From Escherichia phage phiWec179, in the sequence record LC739533.1: a stretch of DNA of 64,000 bases. One strand, 5' to 3'. The position numbers were made by a program, and so were the translations under genes. Below are positions 33,662-43,423 of this stretch, one piece after another. Numbering within the stretch: position 1 is the first letter of the stretch; each line of letters opens with the position of its first letter. The notes beneath the pieces are model-generated. The model was given only the letters and a program-made list of their open reading frames with translations. It made no database searches and was not told where the DNA came from.

Positions 33662-34183
33662 TTGCTGATAAAAAACTTTGTAACAGTTGCGTTACTATCC
33701 TTAACTGCTTTTACATTTACACCTGTCACGGCAACCGCCGAAGCTGCAAACGTAAAGACTGCTAAAGTAGTTCACAAATGTGCAAAGCAAGATACTAAAG
33801 AAAATCTCTTGGCTTGTGCAATTTACGCTGAAAGTCGTAATCAGGGTAAACGTGGGATGTATGCTGTAGGTAATGTAGTATTGAACAGGAAAGGTGATGA
33901 TTACTTCCCTGATAATATTAAAGATATTCTCTTCCAACGAGGACAATTCTCTTACAGGAAGAAGTTTAACGTTACCGAAGCAGAGCGATGGAAAGAAGCT
34001 AAAGCTATCGCAAAACGACTTATATACCTGGATACACACTTCCCTACACTTAGAGAAGCCCAGGACATGACAAAAGGTGCGACATTTTTTAAGAAAGTAA
34101 AAACCCGTGCACACTGGACAAAAGATATGGTCTTAGTGTATCGTTATAAAGAACATCAGTTCTACCTACCGACAAGGAGCTAA
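33662..34183 (+). CDS. Secreted cell-wall hydrolase, SleB/Hydrolase_2-like
   Basis: Probable TTG start. Signal peptide LIKNFVTVALLSLTAFTFTPVTATAEA; motifs AIYAESRNQG, GMYAVGNVVLNR, FPDNIKDILFQRGQF. Confidence 0.6.
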   Translation: MLIKNFVTVALLSLTAFTFTPVTATAEAANVKTAKVVHKCAKQDTKENLLACAIYAESRNQGKRGMYAVGNVVLNRKGDDYFPDNIKDILFQRGQFSYRKKFNVTEAERWKEAKAIAKRLIYLDTHFPTLREAQDMTKGATFFKKVKTRAHWTKDMVLVYRYKEHQFYLPTRS

Positions 34184-34184
34184 T

Positions 34185-34469
34185 ATGCGAGAAGATAATA
34201 CTGTTGTTGTTGCGAGCTATCTCGTTATCGGTTTAACCGAAGAAGATGTGTACTACATTCGTAAAGGTTTGGAAGCTTACGCTACCCTCTTCATGGAAGA
34301 CGAAAGCGATGTTGATAAATATTCCGTGGAGTTGATCAACGACAGTATTTATCCTTGCATAGCTCTTAAAGTAGATGCTGTTCTGTGGGAGCGTTTTGCA
34401 AGAAGTCACGATGCTATTGAATCTTCAATGGTTATGACACAAAACAACATTTTGGGGGTGATTCACTAA
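34185..34469 (+). CDS. Hypothetical protein (94 aa)
   Basis: Intact coupled ORF. Confidence 0.55.
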   Translation: MREDNTVVVASYLVIGLTEEDVYYIRKGLEAYATLFMEDESDVDKYSVELINDSIYPCIALKVDAVLWERFARSHDAIESSMVMTQNNILGVIH

Positions 34470-34699
34470 TGGCAGATATCATTGAGGTAAACTTCCGTAC
34501 TCGGAAGAAAGTAGAGAAATATACAATATTGAAAAGTGTTTGCGTTGTTTGTTTCAATAGTGTAATCTACGATTCAAGAAAGGGCGAAGACGGTAATGAG
34601 CCGTATATCGAACTGTCAAAGGGCAACGGTAGTTGCATTTGTAAAGCTTGTGCTGTTCAGATTAAGGGGGTTGTTGATGAAAACGAATGGGATAAATAA
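34469..34699 (+). CDS. Small Cys-rich protein (76 aa), possible zinc ribbon
   Basis: CVVC...CICKAC pairs. Confidence 0.5.
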   Translation: MADIIEVNFRTRKKVEKYTILKSVCVVCFNSVIYDSRKGEDGNEPYIELSKGNGSCICKACAVQIKGVVDENEWDK

Positions 34700-34871
34700 T
34701 ACAGGGGAACTTTCTCTTGAGAACGTAACAAACGACAAACTGATTAAAATGCGAGATGTAGCTTTGGATCATCTCCAAGACTCCTTCAAGGAATATATGG
34801 AAGCACGGGATCGTGTGCTTGAGATTCGTCAAGCAATGGTTAAACGCGGAATGGTGGTGGATTCTAAATAA
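34677..34871 (+). CDS. Hypothetical protein (64 aa)
   Basis: Start at MKTNGINN after AAGGGG RBS; the track's longer start at 34596 would overlap most of the upstream gene. Confidence 0.45.
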   Translation: MKTNGINNTGELSLENVTNDKLIKMRDVALDHLQDSFKEYMEARDRVLEIRQAMVKRGMVVDSK

Positions 34872-34880
34872 GGGGTCAGT

Positions 34881-35444
34881 ATGATTTATTATATTACCCC
34901 CTATCTAAGTGGAGATATCGGCAAAGCAATTAACGATGCTATTGCCGTTCTTCACGAAGATAGTTGGGTCTGTTTACGTGATATCGATACCATGTTCTTA
35001 CTGCCAGACCAACCTTCTATGTTGGAAGATTTGGTAGCAACCAATCCACCGTTTGATGTGATCGGTGCGTCTTGTAATCGTTTAGGTAGTGGTTATCAAC
35101 TTCTCGGTGGAAAGATTGATGATGATCCTAACATTCTGAACCATATTTCTCATGCCAAAGTTGCTCGTGATTACTATGGTGATGAAATTGAAGAAGTCCC
35201 ACAAGGCACTCCCTTAGCAGGTTTCTTTCTATTGTTCAGGAAATCATTATGGAAGGAGATCCCTTTTGAAGAACGTACCATCCAGTTCGATATAATCTTC
35301 TCAAACACTTTACATGAACGAGGAAAAAGGTTAGGATTGATGCGTGGGATGTATCTCTTCCATATTTACCGTTTAGGTCAAAAAGATCCTCAACGGGCAA
35401 TATCACACCTTATGCATTGTCATGATCACCGGAAAACTATTTAG
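34881..35444 (+). CDS. Putative glycosyltransferase-like protein
   Basis: DxD-like LRDIDTMF; call rests mainly on position at the head of the glycosyltransferase block. Confidence 0.35.
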   Translation: MIYYITPYLSGDIGKAINDAIAVLHEDSWVCLRDIDTMFLLPDQPSMLEDLVATNPPFDVIGASCNRLGSGYQLLGGKIDDDPNILNHISHAKVARDYYGDEIEEVPQGTPLAGFFLLFRKSLWKEIPFEERTIQFDIIFSNTLHERGKRLGLMRGMYLFHIYRLGQKDPQRAISHLMHCHDHRKTI

Positions 35445-35452
35445 GGGGAAAG

Positions 35453-36136
35453 ATGGAAAATATTAAAATTGGGGTTGGCGTTATCACTGTAGGTGTTCGT
35501 CCACTTAAAGATTACATGGTTGCACCTGGTGTAGACTTCAAAGTGTTTCACGATCCCGATCGTAAAGGTGTAGCTTATGCTCGCAACCAATTAATGAAAC
35601 AGTTCTACGATGAAGGTTTTGACTACTGGTTCATTTTTGACGATGATTGCTATCCGGTTAAACGTGGCTGGGAAGAATACTTCGTTAACCAGGCTGTCGA
35701 GAATGGTTGGGACTTCTTCGGTATGCCAGAATACTTCAAAGATACTGTGATAGGTTGTTCTGGAGAAGTAGTCTTCTGGGAATTGGCTATGTGTCAGTTT
35801 GCAATGTATTCTCGTGCAACTGTTGAGACGATGGGTTATTTCCGTCCTTATACACACGGATATGGTTTCGAAGATGCAGAATGGACTAATCGTCTGAAAG
35901 CTTCAGGTTTGAATAAAGGACTCCAGGGCGTACCTTGTCCGATGCGCATTATGGCGTACATTCACCCCGACGATGTTTTCGGTGATAACCCTTTACCTTT
36001 TGCTAATCTGACAAAAGAAGAGAAAGAATCAGCAATCGGGATCAATTGGGAAGAATACAAACTGTCTTTGGAGGATATTAATAATGGCAAAACACACATC
36101 TCTTTTGAAGAGGCTGAAGGATATGGCGTTAAATAA
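35453..36136 (+). CDS. GT-A fold glycosyltransferase
   Basis: DYWFIFDDDCYP (DxD) and GYGFEDAEW segments typical of GT-A enzymes. Confidence 0.6.
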   Translation: MENIKIGVGVITVGVRPLKDYMVAPGVDFKVFHDPDRKGVAYARNQLMKQFYDEGFDYWFIFDDDCYPVKRGWEEYFVNQAVENGWDFFGMPEYFKDTVIGCSGEVVFWELAMCQFAMYSRATVETMGYFRPYTHGYGFEDAEWTNRLKASGLNKGLQGVPCPMRIMAYIHPDDVFGDNPLPFANLTKEEKESAIGINWEEYKLSLEDINNGKTHISFEEAEGYGVK

Positions 36137-37070
36137 GAAACCAACCCTACTGTGTGACAACAAATTCAACAGTGGTTGTGATTACCATCGCATTGTCATG
36201 CCATTTTCTAACACAGAGATCAAGCCACGTACTGATGTACTGGTCTTTAACCGCATCTTCTCGAAGGGTGCTGATGAAGTAGCCAAACTTAAGCGCCAAG
36301 GTGTTAAGATTGTTGTAGATTTGGATGATTTCTATCAATTGAATCCAGAACACTACCTGGCGCATCTGTACGCGCCAAACACCCGCACAATCGTGGAAAT
36401 GGTTAAAATAGCAGATATTGTCATTGTCACAACCGAATACCTGGCGTACAAAGTTCGTCACTTAAACTCTAACGTTGTTGTGATCCGAAATGCTCTACCG
36501 TTTGATGATGGTCAATTCACTCTCTCGAATGATCGTACTTCGGGTACGCCTATCATTTGGGCTGGAGGTGCGAGTCATGAACCGGATTTACGTTTGCTTT
36601 CAAACACTTTTGATGATAGTTTATTGTCTATCGCAGGGTATGAAGCGAGCAGCACAGTGACAGGGCAAGAGTGGGTTAAGATCCGCCGTAGTTTGCCTAA
36701 TGCGCAGTATAAACCTGCTGTAGATTCTTTGAATCATTATATGTCTGCATACGATGGTCATGCTATGGCTGTAGCTCCGTTAGTAGATAACGACTTCAAC
36801 CATTGCAAGAGCAACCTGAAAGTATTAGAAGCTGGTGCTAAAGGCATTCCAATCGTTTGTTCTAAGGTATTACCTTACTACAACCCGATCGATGCCCGTG
36901 CAGTAACCTTCGCAGATAGCAAAGCAGAGTGGCACTATGAAGTTGTAAAACTACTTCGTAATCCAAACTACCGCGAAGATCGTGGACTGTTCTTGGCTGA
37001 ACATGTTCGTACTCACTACAACTTGAAGGATGCAAACGAATTGCGTCGTCAAGTGATCGAAAGTCTGTAG
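36084..37070 (+). CDS. GT-B fold glycosyltransferase, paralog 1
   Basis: C-terminal KSNLKVLEAGAKGIPIVCS nucleotide-sugar binding motif; paralog of 37071..38021. Start has GGAGGA RBS but overlaps the upstream gene by 53 nt. Confidence 0.6.
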   Translation: MAKHTSLLKRLKDMALNKKPTLLCDNKFNSGCDYHRIVMPFSNTEIKPRTDVLVFNRIFSKGADEVAKLKRQGVKIVVDLDDFYQLNPEHYLAHLYAPNTRTIVEMVKIADIVIVTTEYLAYKVRHLNSNVVVIRNALPFDDGQFTLSNDRTSGTPIIWAGGASHEPDLRLLSNTFDDSLLSIAGYEASSTVTGQEWVKIRRSLPNAQYKPAVDSLNHYMSAYDGHAMAVAPLVDNDFNHCKSNLKVLEAGAKGIPIVCSKVLPYYNPIDARAVTFADSKAEWHYEVVKLLRNPNYREDRGLFLAEHVRTHYNLKDANELRRQVIESL

Positions 37071-38021
37071 GTGTTTATGGGACAAATTATTCTTGACAAT
37101 CGTGGTGGAAAAGAATATAGTGTCTGTGATTATCACCGAGTAATGCTGCCTTACACAAGGCAGTTCTCGGCCCAACCGTCACAGAACGTATATGTCTTTA
37201 ACGGTGTCCCTACGAAAGGGAAACAAGGCTTCATAGCCCTTAAGAGCATGGGCTTTAAGATGGTAATGGATTTGGATGACTCTTTAAACATTCCCCAAGG
37301 CCATATGCTGGAAGACATTTTTGATGCAGGTATTCGAGAAGACTTGCAATGGTTCCTCGAACGCAGTGATCTTGTAACGACAACAACCCCTGCTCTCCAG
37401 GTGGAATTGTCCCAGTACAATCCTAACGTGCATATTATCCCAAATGGTTTACCGTTTGACGAGGATCAGTTTACGTTAACTCGTGATCGCTACTCCAAGT
37501 CCCCTGTAGTTTGGGCTGGAAGTGAAACACACAAGCAAGACCTGGCTCTACTACCGAACTTCGGGAGTGACTTAACGATTTGCGGATTCCGCAGAGATAG
37601 TGAAGTGTTAAGTAGTCAGCAATGGACCGATATACGTGAAAAGGTGGCTCCAAGCTGCAAATATGAGGCTGTTAGACCATATGAGAGCTATATGGAATCT
37701 TACGACGGTCATCAGATAATGCTTGCACCTCTAACAGATAACATGTTTAATAACGCTAAGAGTAACCTGAAGATTCTGGAAGCAGGTGCCAAGGGTTTAC
37801 CTTTAGTGTGTTCTCCCCGTGAAAACTACTTCACCGAAGAGTTTAAAGATTTGTTGTTCTTTGCAGAAACAAAAAGCGAGTGGGAAGATATTGTTAATTA
37901 CCTGATCCAGTGTCCTGATGTGGGTATTGAAAAGGGATTAGCTTTAGCTAAGTATGTTCGTAAGCATTACCATATTGATGTGCTGAATGAACGCCGTAGA
38001 TTATTATTTGAGGAGTTATAA
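37071..38021 (+). CDS. GT-B fold glycosyltransferase, paralog 2
   Basis: KSNLKILEAGAKGLPLVCS; shares CDYHR(I/V)(V/M)(M/L)P and other blocks with the previous gene. Start codon GTG 37071 or ATG 37077. Confidence 0.6.
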   Translation: MFMGQIILDNRGGKEYSVCDYHRVMLPYTRQFSAQPSQNVYVFNGVPTKGKQGFIALKSMGFKMVMDLDDSLNIPQGHMLEDIFDAGIREDLQWFLERSDLVTTTTPALQVELSQYNPNVHIIPNGLPFDEDQFTLTRDRYSKSPVVWAGSETHKQDLALLPNFGSDLTICGFRRDSEVLSSQQWTDIREKVAPSCKYEAVRPYESYMESYDGHQIMLAPLTDNMFNNAKSNLKILEAGAKGLPLVCSPRENYFTEEFKDLLFFAETKSEWEDIVNYLIQCPDVGIEKGLALAKYVRKHYHIDVLNERRRLLFEEL

Positions 38022-38299
38022 TGCTGAATACTTTTGATTTTGAATACACTACGAAAAGTGGTTTTAATGTTGTGGTGGAGGTTGACTATTACTACGAAGA
38101 GCCTGATCCACACTCACGGGAAAGTGATTGGGATTACCACGGCGGGTTACTGATCGACGGTATCCGTTTCTATGCGGGTCTGGAACAGATTAATGCGGAA
38201 GACATTAACGTCACCGTAACAGAAATCGCATACCAATTCAAAAAACATATGGAGGCATTAGAAGCCGAGTACATGATGGAAACTAACGAATCATTTTAA
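38021..38299 (+). CDS. Hypothetical acidic protein (92 aa)
   Basis: ATG overlaps the upstream stop. Confidence 0.5.
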   Translation: MLNTFDFEYTTKSGFNVVVEVDYYYEEPDPHSRESDWDYHGGLLIDGIRFYAGLEQINAEDINVTVTEIAYQFKKHMEALEAEYMMETNESF

Positions 38300-38314
38300 C
38301 AGGAGAGGATGACC

Positions 38315-38953
38315 ATGAGGTTAGTACAAGGTTGGGGGATTAATGATATAGGTAGTATCCCTAAAACAGGTTTTATCCGAGTAGCTTACAGGTGTTGGTC
38401 AAGAGTTTTAGAAAGATCTCACAGTAAAGCTTGGAAGAATAAGTATCCTACATACAAGGATGTAACATGTTGCGAAGACTGGAAATATTTTTCAGTATTC
38501 ATGGACTGGATGGAGACACAACCTTGGGAAGGAAACGATTTGGATAAGGATTTGTTAGGAGATGGTAGCTTATACTCCCCTCAAACTTGTGTTTTTATAC
38601 CTCCTGAAATAAATAAAGCTTTAGCTGCAAATAAAAAACAAGGAGAATTCTTATCTGGAGTCTGGTTTCAAACAAAGTCTAAAACTATGGTTAATAGTTT
38701 AAAACGTCCTTGGGCTGTTAAAGCCCATAGACAGGGTAGTAAAAAACCTGTATATTTAGGAAACTATTATTCAGAACAAGAAGCCCATAATGTGTGGTTG
38801 ACTACACGCGCAGAGGATATGTTATGGTGGTGCGACCAATGGGAAAACAACGAGAAGTATAATAAATCTTGGAAACCTGTGTTTAAAGAAGCTTTTAATA
38901 AGAAAGCTGAAGCTTATAGAGGGAGGATAAAAAATGTCATACATTGTCACTAA
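38315..38953 (+). CDS. AP2-domain homing-endonuclease-like protein, paralog A
   Basis: N-terminal W..RC...Y..V.C.DW..F..F..W and LDKDLLGDGSLYSPQTC segment; C-terminal AP2-like VYLGNYYSEQEAHNVW. No catalytic His seen in the HNH-like segment. Confidence 0.5.
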   Translation: MRLVQGWGINDIGSIPKTGFIRVAYRCWSRVLERSHSKAWKNKYPTYKDVTCCEDWKYFSVFMDWMETQPWEGNDLDKDLLGDGSLYSPQTCVFIPPEINKALAANKKQGEFLSGVWFQTKSKTMVNSLKRPWAVKAHRQGSKKPVYLGNYYSEQEAHNVWLTTRAEDMLWWCDQWENNEKYNKSWKPVFKEAFNKKAEAYRGRIKNVIHCH

Positions 38954-40715
38954 GTATGGTTTTGATGTAGATTTAAGCAAAGAGGGGCACACAGGGTGTC
39001 CCCGTTGTATGAAGAACGGAAAAGATAGATCGAAGAATAACTTGATGTGTTATGGGTTGGATTCTAACGATGAGCATAAAGGAGCAAAATGCTTCGCGTG
39101 TGAGTACACAATCCCCAGCGTTGAATGGTTACGAGAGAATGGTGAAGTTTTAGAAGAAGAGGAGGATATTGTGGGTTCGGAATTTAATAAAGAGATTCAT
39201 CGTAAGATTGTAGAAGAAACAGGCACTAACCCACGAGGCTACCGTGGGATCAAGGAAGAATATTCTAAATTCTACGGTGTACGTTACCAGTACAAACAAG
39301 AAGAATCTGGTGTTGTTGTGGAACATACTTTGTATCCAACAACTATCGGTAAAGAACTGGTAGGTTTTAAGCGTCGTATCCACCCTAAAGACTTCTCCAA
39401 GCCCATTGGTCAAGTAGGTAAAGATGTAGATTTGTTTGGACAAGTTCGTTTCCTTGAGCGTTCCCACACCGTAATCATTACTGGTGGTGAACATGATGCC
39501 TTGGCAGCATATCAAATGTTGGCAGAAGGTCTTGACAGGAAATATGAATTACCAGCAGTAGTTAGTGGCACAACTGGTGAAACCAGTATGTACAAACAGG
39601 TACAGGCACAGTACCCTTTCTTTGAGAAGTTCAAGAAGATCATCGTCTGCATGGATAATGATAAGGCAGGTAAAGAAGCTTTTGAGAACATTGTGAAGGT
39701 GTTGCCTCGTAATAAAGTTTACCTGATGAAGATGGAACTGAAAGATGCTAATGAATACCTGGTGCAAGATAAAGCAAAAGATTTTGTGAAAGCTTATTGG
39801 GGTGCAAAACTTTATACCCCAGCGGGTGTTTATGCTTCGAACGAACTTTATGAAGCTGCAATGGACTGTCTGGATGCACAAGTGATCACCCTCCCTCCGT
39901 TCATGCGTACTGCTGCGAACATGTTGGGTGGTGGTCTGGTAGAAGAAGAGATCACAGTTATTCTGGCTAAAACGAGTATCGGTAAGACGTTGATGGTCAA
40001 TGAGATCACCAAACACATTATCGTGGCTCATCCAGAACATGTGCTGGGTATTCTGTCTCTGGAGGCAACGTATAAGAAATACTCCCGTAACCTTCTTTCT
40101 TCGTTCCTGCATATTCCTTTGCATCGTAAGACTAAGGAAGAAAAGGCTGCGATCCTGGAAGAGAACAAGGAAGCTATCAATAACTTCTACGTTCGTGAAG
40201 ATGGTTCTCCTCGCTTCTTTGTTTGTGATGATCGTGGTGCAGACATTGATTCAATCAAGGAGAAAGTGCTGGAGATGATCATCTACTTCGGCATTACCAT
40301 CCTGGTAATTGACCCATACTCGGATCTGTTGTCGGGGATGAGTGTTCAGGAACAAGAAGAGTTGGCAACGTGGTTGAAGCGCATCATGAAAGAATACGGC
40401 ATCACGATCATTGTAATCTCGCACGTTAAGAAAGCTGCCAACAATGGTAACGAACACTTAACAGAAGATGATGCAATGGGTAGTAGCTTCTTGGCTAAAG
40501 GCGCAGGTATTACACTGGCACTGGAACGAGATAAGGCTAACGATGACCCCGTACTTAGAAACACAACTTTTTGTTATATTCTCAAAAACCGAGAGTTTTC
40601 AGAAACTGGTCCGGCTGGGGAGTTTTATTACGATATTAAAACTGCCACGCTACACGACAAAGCACAGTATTTTGCTAACCCTGATAATGCAGGTGGTGCA
40701 GAAGGCGCGTATTGA
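38934..40715 (+). CDS. Bifunctional primase-helicase (T7 gp4-like)
   Basis: N-terminal zinc ribbon CPRC...CFAC, TOPRIM-like VIITGGEHDALAAYQ, DnaB-like Walker A ILAKTSIGKT and IIVISHVKK. Confidence 0.8.
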   Translation: MSYIVTKYGFDVDLSKEGHTGCPRCMKNGKDRSKNNLMCYGLDSNDEHKGAKCFACEYTIPSVEWLRENGEVLEEEEDIVGSEFNKEIHRKIVEETGTNPRGYRGIKEEYSKFYGVRYQYKQEESGVVVEHTLYPTTIGKELVGFKRRIHPKDFSKPIGQVGKDVDLFGQVRFLERSHTVIITGGEHDALAAYQMLAEGLDRKYELPAVVSGTTGETSMYKQVQAQYPFFEKFKKIIVCMDNDKAGKEAFENIVKVLPRNKVYLMKMELKDANEYLVQDKAKDFVKAYWGAKLYTPAGVYASNELYEAAMDCLDAQVITLPPFMRTAANMLGGGLVEEEITVILAKTSIGKTLMVNEITKHIIVAHPEHVLGILSLEATYKKYSRNLLSSFLHIPLHRKTKEEKAAILEENKEAINNFYVREDGSPRFFVCDDRGADIDSIKEKVLEMIIYFGITILVIDPYSDLLSGMSVQEQEELATWLKRIMKEYGITIIVISHVKKAANNGNEHLTEDDAMGSSFLAKGAGITLALERDKANDDPVLRNTTFCYILKNREFSETGPAGEFYYDIKTATLHDKAQYFANPDNAGGAEGAY

Positions 40716-40721
40716 TTCAGA

Positions 40722-40745
40722 AGGGGCGCAAGCCCCTCTTGACTT
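40722..40745 (+). terminator. Terminator-like hairpin (AGGGGC-GCAA-GCCCCT)
   Basis: After the primase-helicase stop; followed by CTTGACTTTTGATT. Confidence 0.45.
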
Positions 40746-40798
40746 TTGATTGAGGAATGTGATACCCTTCAGGTTGAGTTACATAATATGGAGGACTA

Positions 40799-43396
40799 AT
40801 GAGTAAGTTTACATGGGATATTGAAGCAACCGCATTACTGAACAATGACACAATTGATTACCTGGCAAGCCCTTATCGATTGAAAGACACTTTTGGTATG
40901 CATTGTATTTGTCTGGAAAACCACGAAACAGGAGAGATCATTGCTTTTCACGATGGTCCTAAGTACATTTTCGATGGTCGTCCTTATGAAGAGTCTGACG
41001 GTAAGTACACTTATGTACTGAAGGAGTATGTGGCACAAGAATACACACACTTTCCTCTGTCAGATTTTCCAGATTTTGTCAACCATACAGGCAAGTTCGC
41101 AGATAAGCCTGAATACCTCGTAGAAATGGCTGTAGCCCACAACGGCATCAACTATGACCACTTGGCAGTTAAGCTTTACTACGGGCTGAATTACAGCGTT
41201 AAATACAATACTTGGGGTGATTCGAAAGTTAAGATTATTGATACCCTGATCCTTAGTAAAGTATTGAACCCTGATCGCAAGGTTGATGGTAAACCTGGGC
41301 ACAACTTGAATGCTCTTTCTAAAAAAGCTGGCGGTGATGTTAAGATTGATTTCCGTAAAGAGCTTCCAGAAGGAGAACGATTCAAGACTTTCGCAGCAGA
41401 TATGTTGTACTACTGTATCTACGACAACAAGGCAACTACAGCAGTATATTATTACCTCATGGAAGAATGGGGCGATTATAAGAAGTGGCAAGAGCCGTTC
41501 GACTTGGAGCAACGTATTGCGGATATCATCACCCGTCAAGAACACCGTGGCTTTAAGTTCAACATGCAACAAGCTGAACAGAACCTGGAATTCTTGGACA
41601 AAGAAATGGAACGTCTACGTTTGTTGGTAGAGCCTATTCTTCCACCTAAGCCAGCGACTAAAGGTTATCTGAAAGATTTTATTCCGCCGAAACTTCAAAT
41701 CAAGAAGAACGGTGAGCCAACAAACCATATCATCAGGTTTGCGGAGAAACATGGCGGTAGCCTTGAAGAACGTGAAGGTGATTGGTGGCTGCTTGTTTTA
41801 GATAAAGAGTTTAAGTTACCGATCTCAAGTGAAGAACCTATTTGTGAACCTACCATTCCGTCTACGCTGAATGATACGACACACATTAAAAACTGGCTTG
41901 TAGGTTTAGGTTGGGTTCCGTCTGAATATAAAGACAAGGATTTGACGCTTAAATCTGGTTCGAAGATCAAGAAAGATCCTGACGACTTAGAGAAAGGTAT
42001 TCTGTCTTATGTCAAACAGACCTTGGAAAGCAATTTCTGTAATGACCGTTGCGAACACTTACAAGCCGATGCTGAAACACTGGAGCTTAGAATCCGTGAA
42101 CGTCTGGCTAAAGGGAAAGGTCGTGGTCTTAAAGTGCTGACCAACCCATGCTTCACGAAGGGGCAGGAGAAAGAGATTTGTCCTAATCTTGAAGCACTGG
42201 GCGAGAAGTTCCCGTATGCCACACAGATTGTGCAGTACCTGACGTACAAACATCGTCGAAACTCTATTTTGGGCGGTGGTGCAGATTGGGAAGACGATGA
42301 GGAAGATCAAGAATACGACAAAGGTTTCTTGGCAGCAGTTCGTGCCGATGGTCGTATAGCGACTCCAGCGGCTACATGTGACGCTGCAACATCTCGTATG
42401 AAGCATCGCTCTGTTGCTAACGTTCCTCGCGTTACATCGTTGTTTGGGTACGAAATGCGTAACTTGTTTGGGGTAGAAACACCGCGTTACTTCCAGATCG
42501 GTTATGACTTTGACTCCTTGGAAGCAAAGATTGAGTCGCATTATTGTTGGCGCTACGAACCGGAGCCTCATGAATACTGTAACGCTCTCTTGTTGGAGAA
42601 GCCTAACGATGTTCATACCATGATGGCAAGACGTATCACAGAAACTATTGGACGTAAGTTTGAACGTAGTCCAGCTAAATCTGTTAAATACGGGATTACA
42701 TATGGAGCACAGGCAGACAAAGTTGCTAAGACAATTGGTAGTGATAAGTACACAGGACAACTGGTATTTGATGCGTTCTGGGAAGCAGCTTTCCCGTTAG
42801 CACAACTGAAAGAGAAGTTGAATGCTTTCTGGGTTAACACTGGCAAGCAGTATGTTCTCGGTATTGATGGACGTAAAGTTCCAACACGATCTGCACATGC
42901 AATCTTAAACTCCTTGTTCCAAAGTGGCGGGGTTATCTGTGCCAAGCGTGCAATGGTAATCTATGACGATATGATTGAAGAGGAAGGTTTAGCTGTTGAC
43001 TTCTTCGTAGATGACTGGAAGAATAAAGAGTTCGTTCAGCAAATGATTGCTTACCACGATGAAGCGCAGCTTGAAGTATCTCGTAACTTGGTGGAATTTA
43101 AATGGTTCTCCAAAGAGTCTTTAGGTTGGGTTAAAGTGGATGACGAGAAAGAGCAGAAGAAAATAGATGCGGAATGTCTTGCAAAAGCTAATGAATGGAA
43201 GCATAATAAAGAGAAAGAGACAGGGCAGATTTGGGCTAACGTTCACGAATCACCTAAAGGTGGTTGGTTTACCGCTTATAGTCGTGCCGGAGAACTTGCT
43301 TCTCTTGCTGTTATCAAAGCTGGGGAATATTACAAACTAAACGTTCAGCTTACCGCTGGATACGATGTTGGTAGTTCCTGGGCCAGTTGTCATTGA
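40799..43396 (+). CDS. Family A DNA polymerase with 3'-5' proofreading exonuclease
   Basis: Exo I FTWDIEAT; motif A IGYDFDSLEAK; motif B RSPAKSVKYGITYG; motif C IAYHDEAQ. Confidence 0.85.
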   Translation: MSKFTWDIEATALLNNDTIDYLASPYRLKDTFGMHCICLENHETGEIIAFHDGPKYIFDGRPYEESDGKYTYVLKEYVAQEYTHFPLSDFPDFVNHTGKFADKPEYLVEMAVAHNGINYDHLAVKLYYGLNYSVKYNTWGDSKVKIIDTLILSKVLNPDRKVDGKPGHNLNALSKKAGGDVKIDFRKELPEGERFKTFAADMLYYCIYDNKATTAVYYYLMEEWGDYKKWQEPFDLEQRIADIITRQEHRGFKFNMQQAEQNLEFLDKEMERLRLLVEPILPPKPATKGYLKDFIPPKLQIKKNGEPTNHIIRFAEKHGGSLEEREGDWWLLVLDKEFKLPISSEEPICEPTIPSTLNDTTHIKNWLVGLGWVPSEYKDKDLTLKSGSKIKKDPDDLEKGILSYVKQTLESNFCNDRCEHLQADAETLELRIRERLAKGKGRGLKVLTNPCFTKGQEKEICPNLEALGEKFPYATQIVQYLTYKHRRNSILGGGADWEDDEEDQEYDKGFLAAVRADGRIATPAATCDAATSRMKHRSVANVPRVTSLFGYEMRNLFGVETPRYFQIGYDFDSLEAKIESHYCWRYEPEPHEYCNALLLEKPNDVHTMMARRITETIGRKFERSPAKSVKYGITYGAQADKVAKTIGSDKYTGQLVFDAFWEAAFPLAQLKEKLNAFWVNTGKQYVLGIDGRKVPTRSAHAILNSLFQSGGVICAKRAMVIYDDMIEEEGLAVDFFVDDWKNKEFVQQMIAYHDEAQLEVSRNLVEFKWFSKESLGWVKVDDEKEQKKIDAECLAKANEWKHNKEKETGQIWANVHESPKGGWFTAYSRAGELASLAVIKAGEYYKLNVQLTAGYDVGSSWASCH

Positions 43397-43423
43397 CATT
43401 TACTTGATTTTAAAGGAGTTTTT

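Noticed and set aside
34596-34871. 91-aa version of the ORF starting at 34596
   Set aside because: Would overlap about 100 nt of the preceding Cys-rich gene out of frame; the ATG at 34677 with RBS is preferred.
39549-40124. 191-aa minus-strand ORF
   Set aside because: Antisense to the primase-helicase gene.
42059-42760. 233-aa minus-strand ORF
   Set aside because: Antisense to the DNA polymerase gene, which carries the conserved polymerase motifs.
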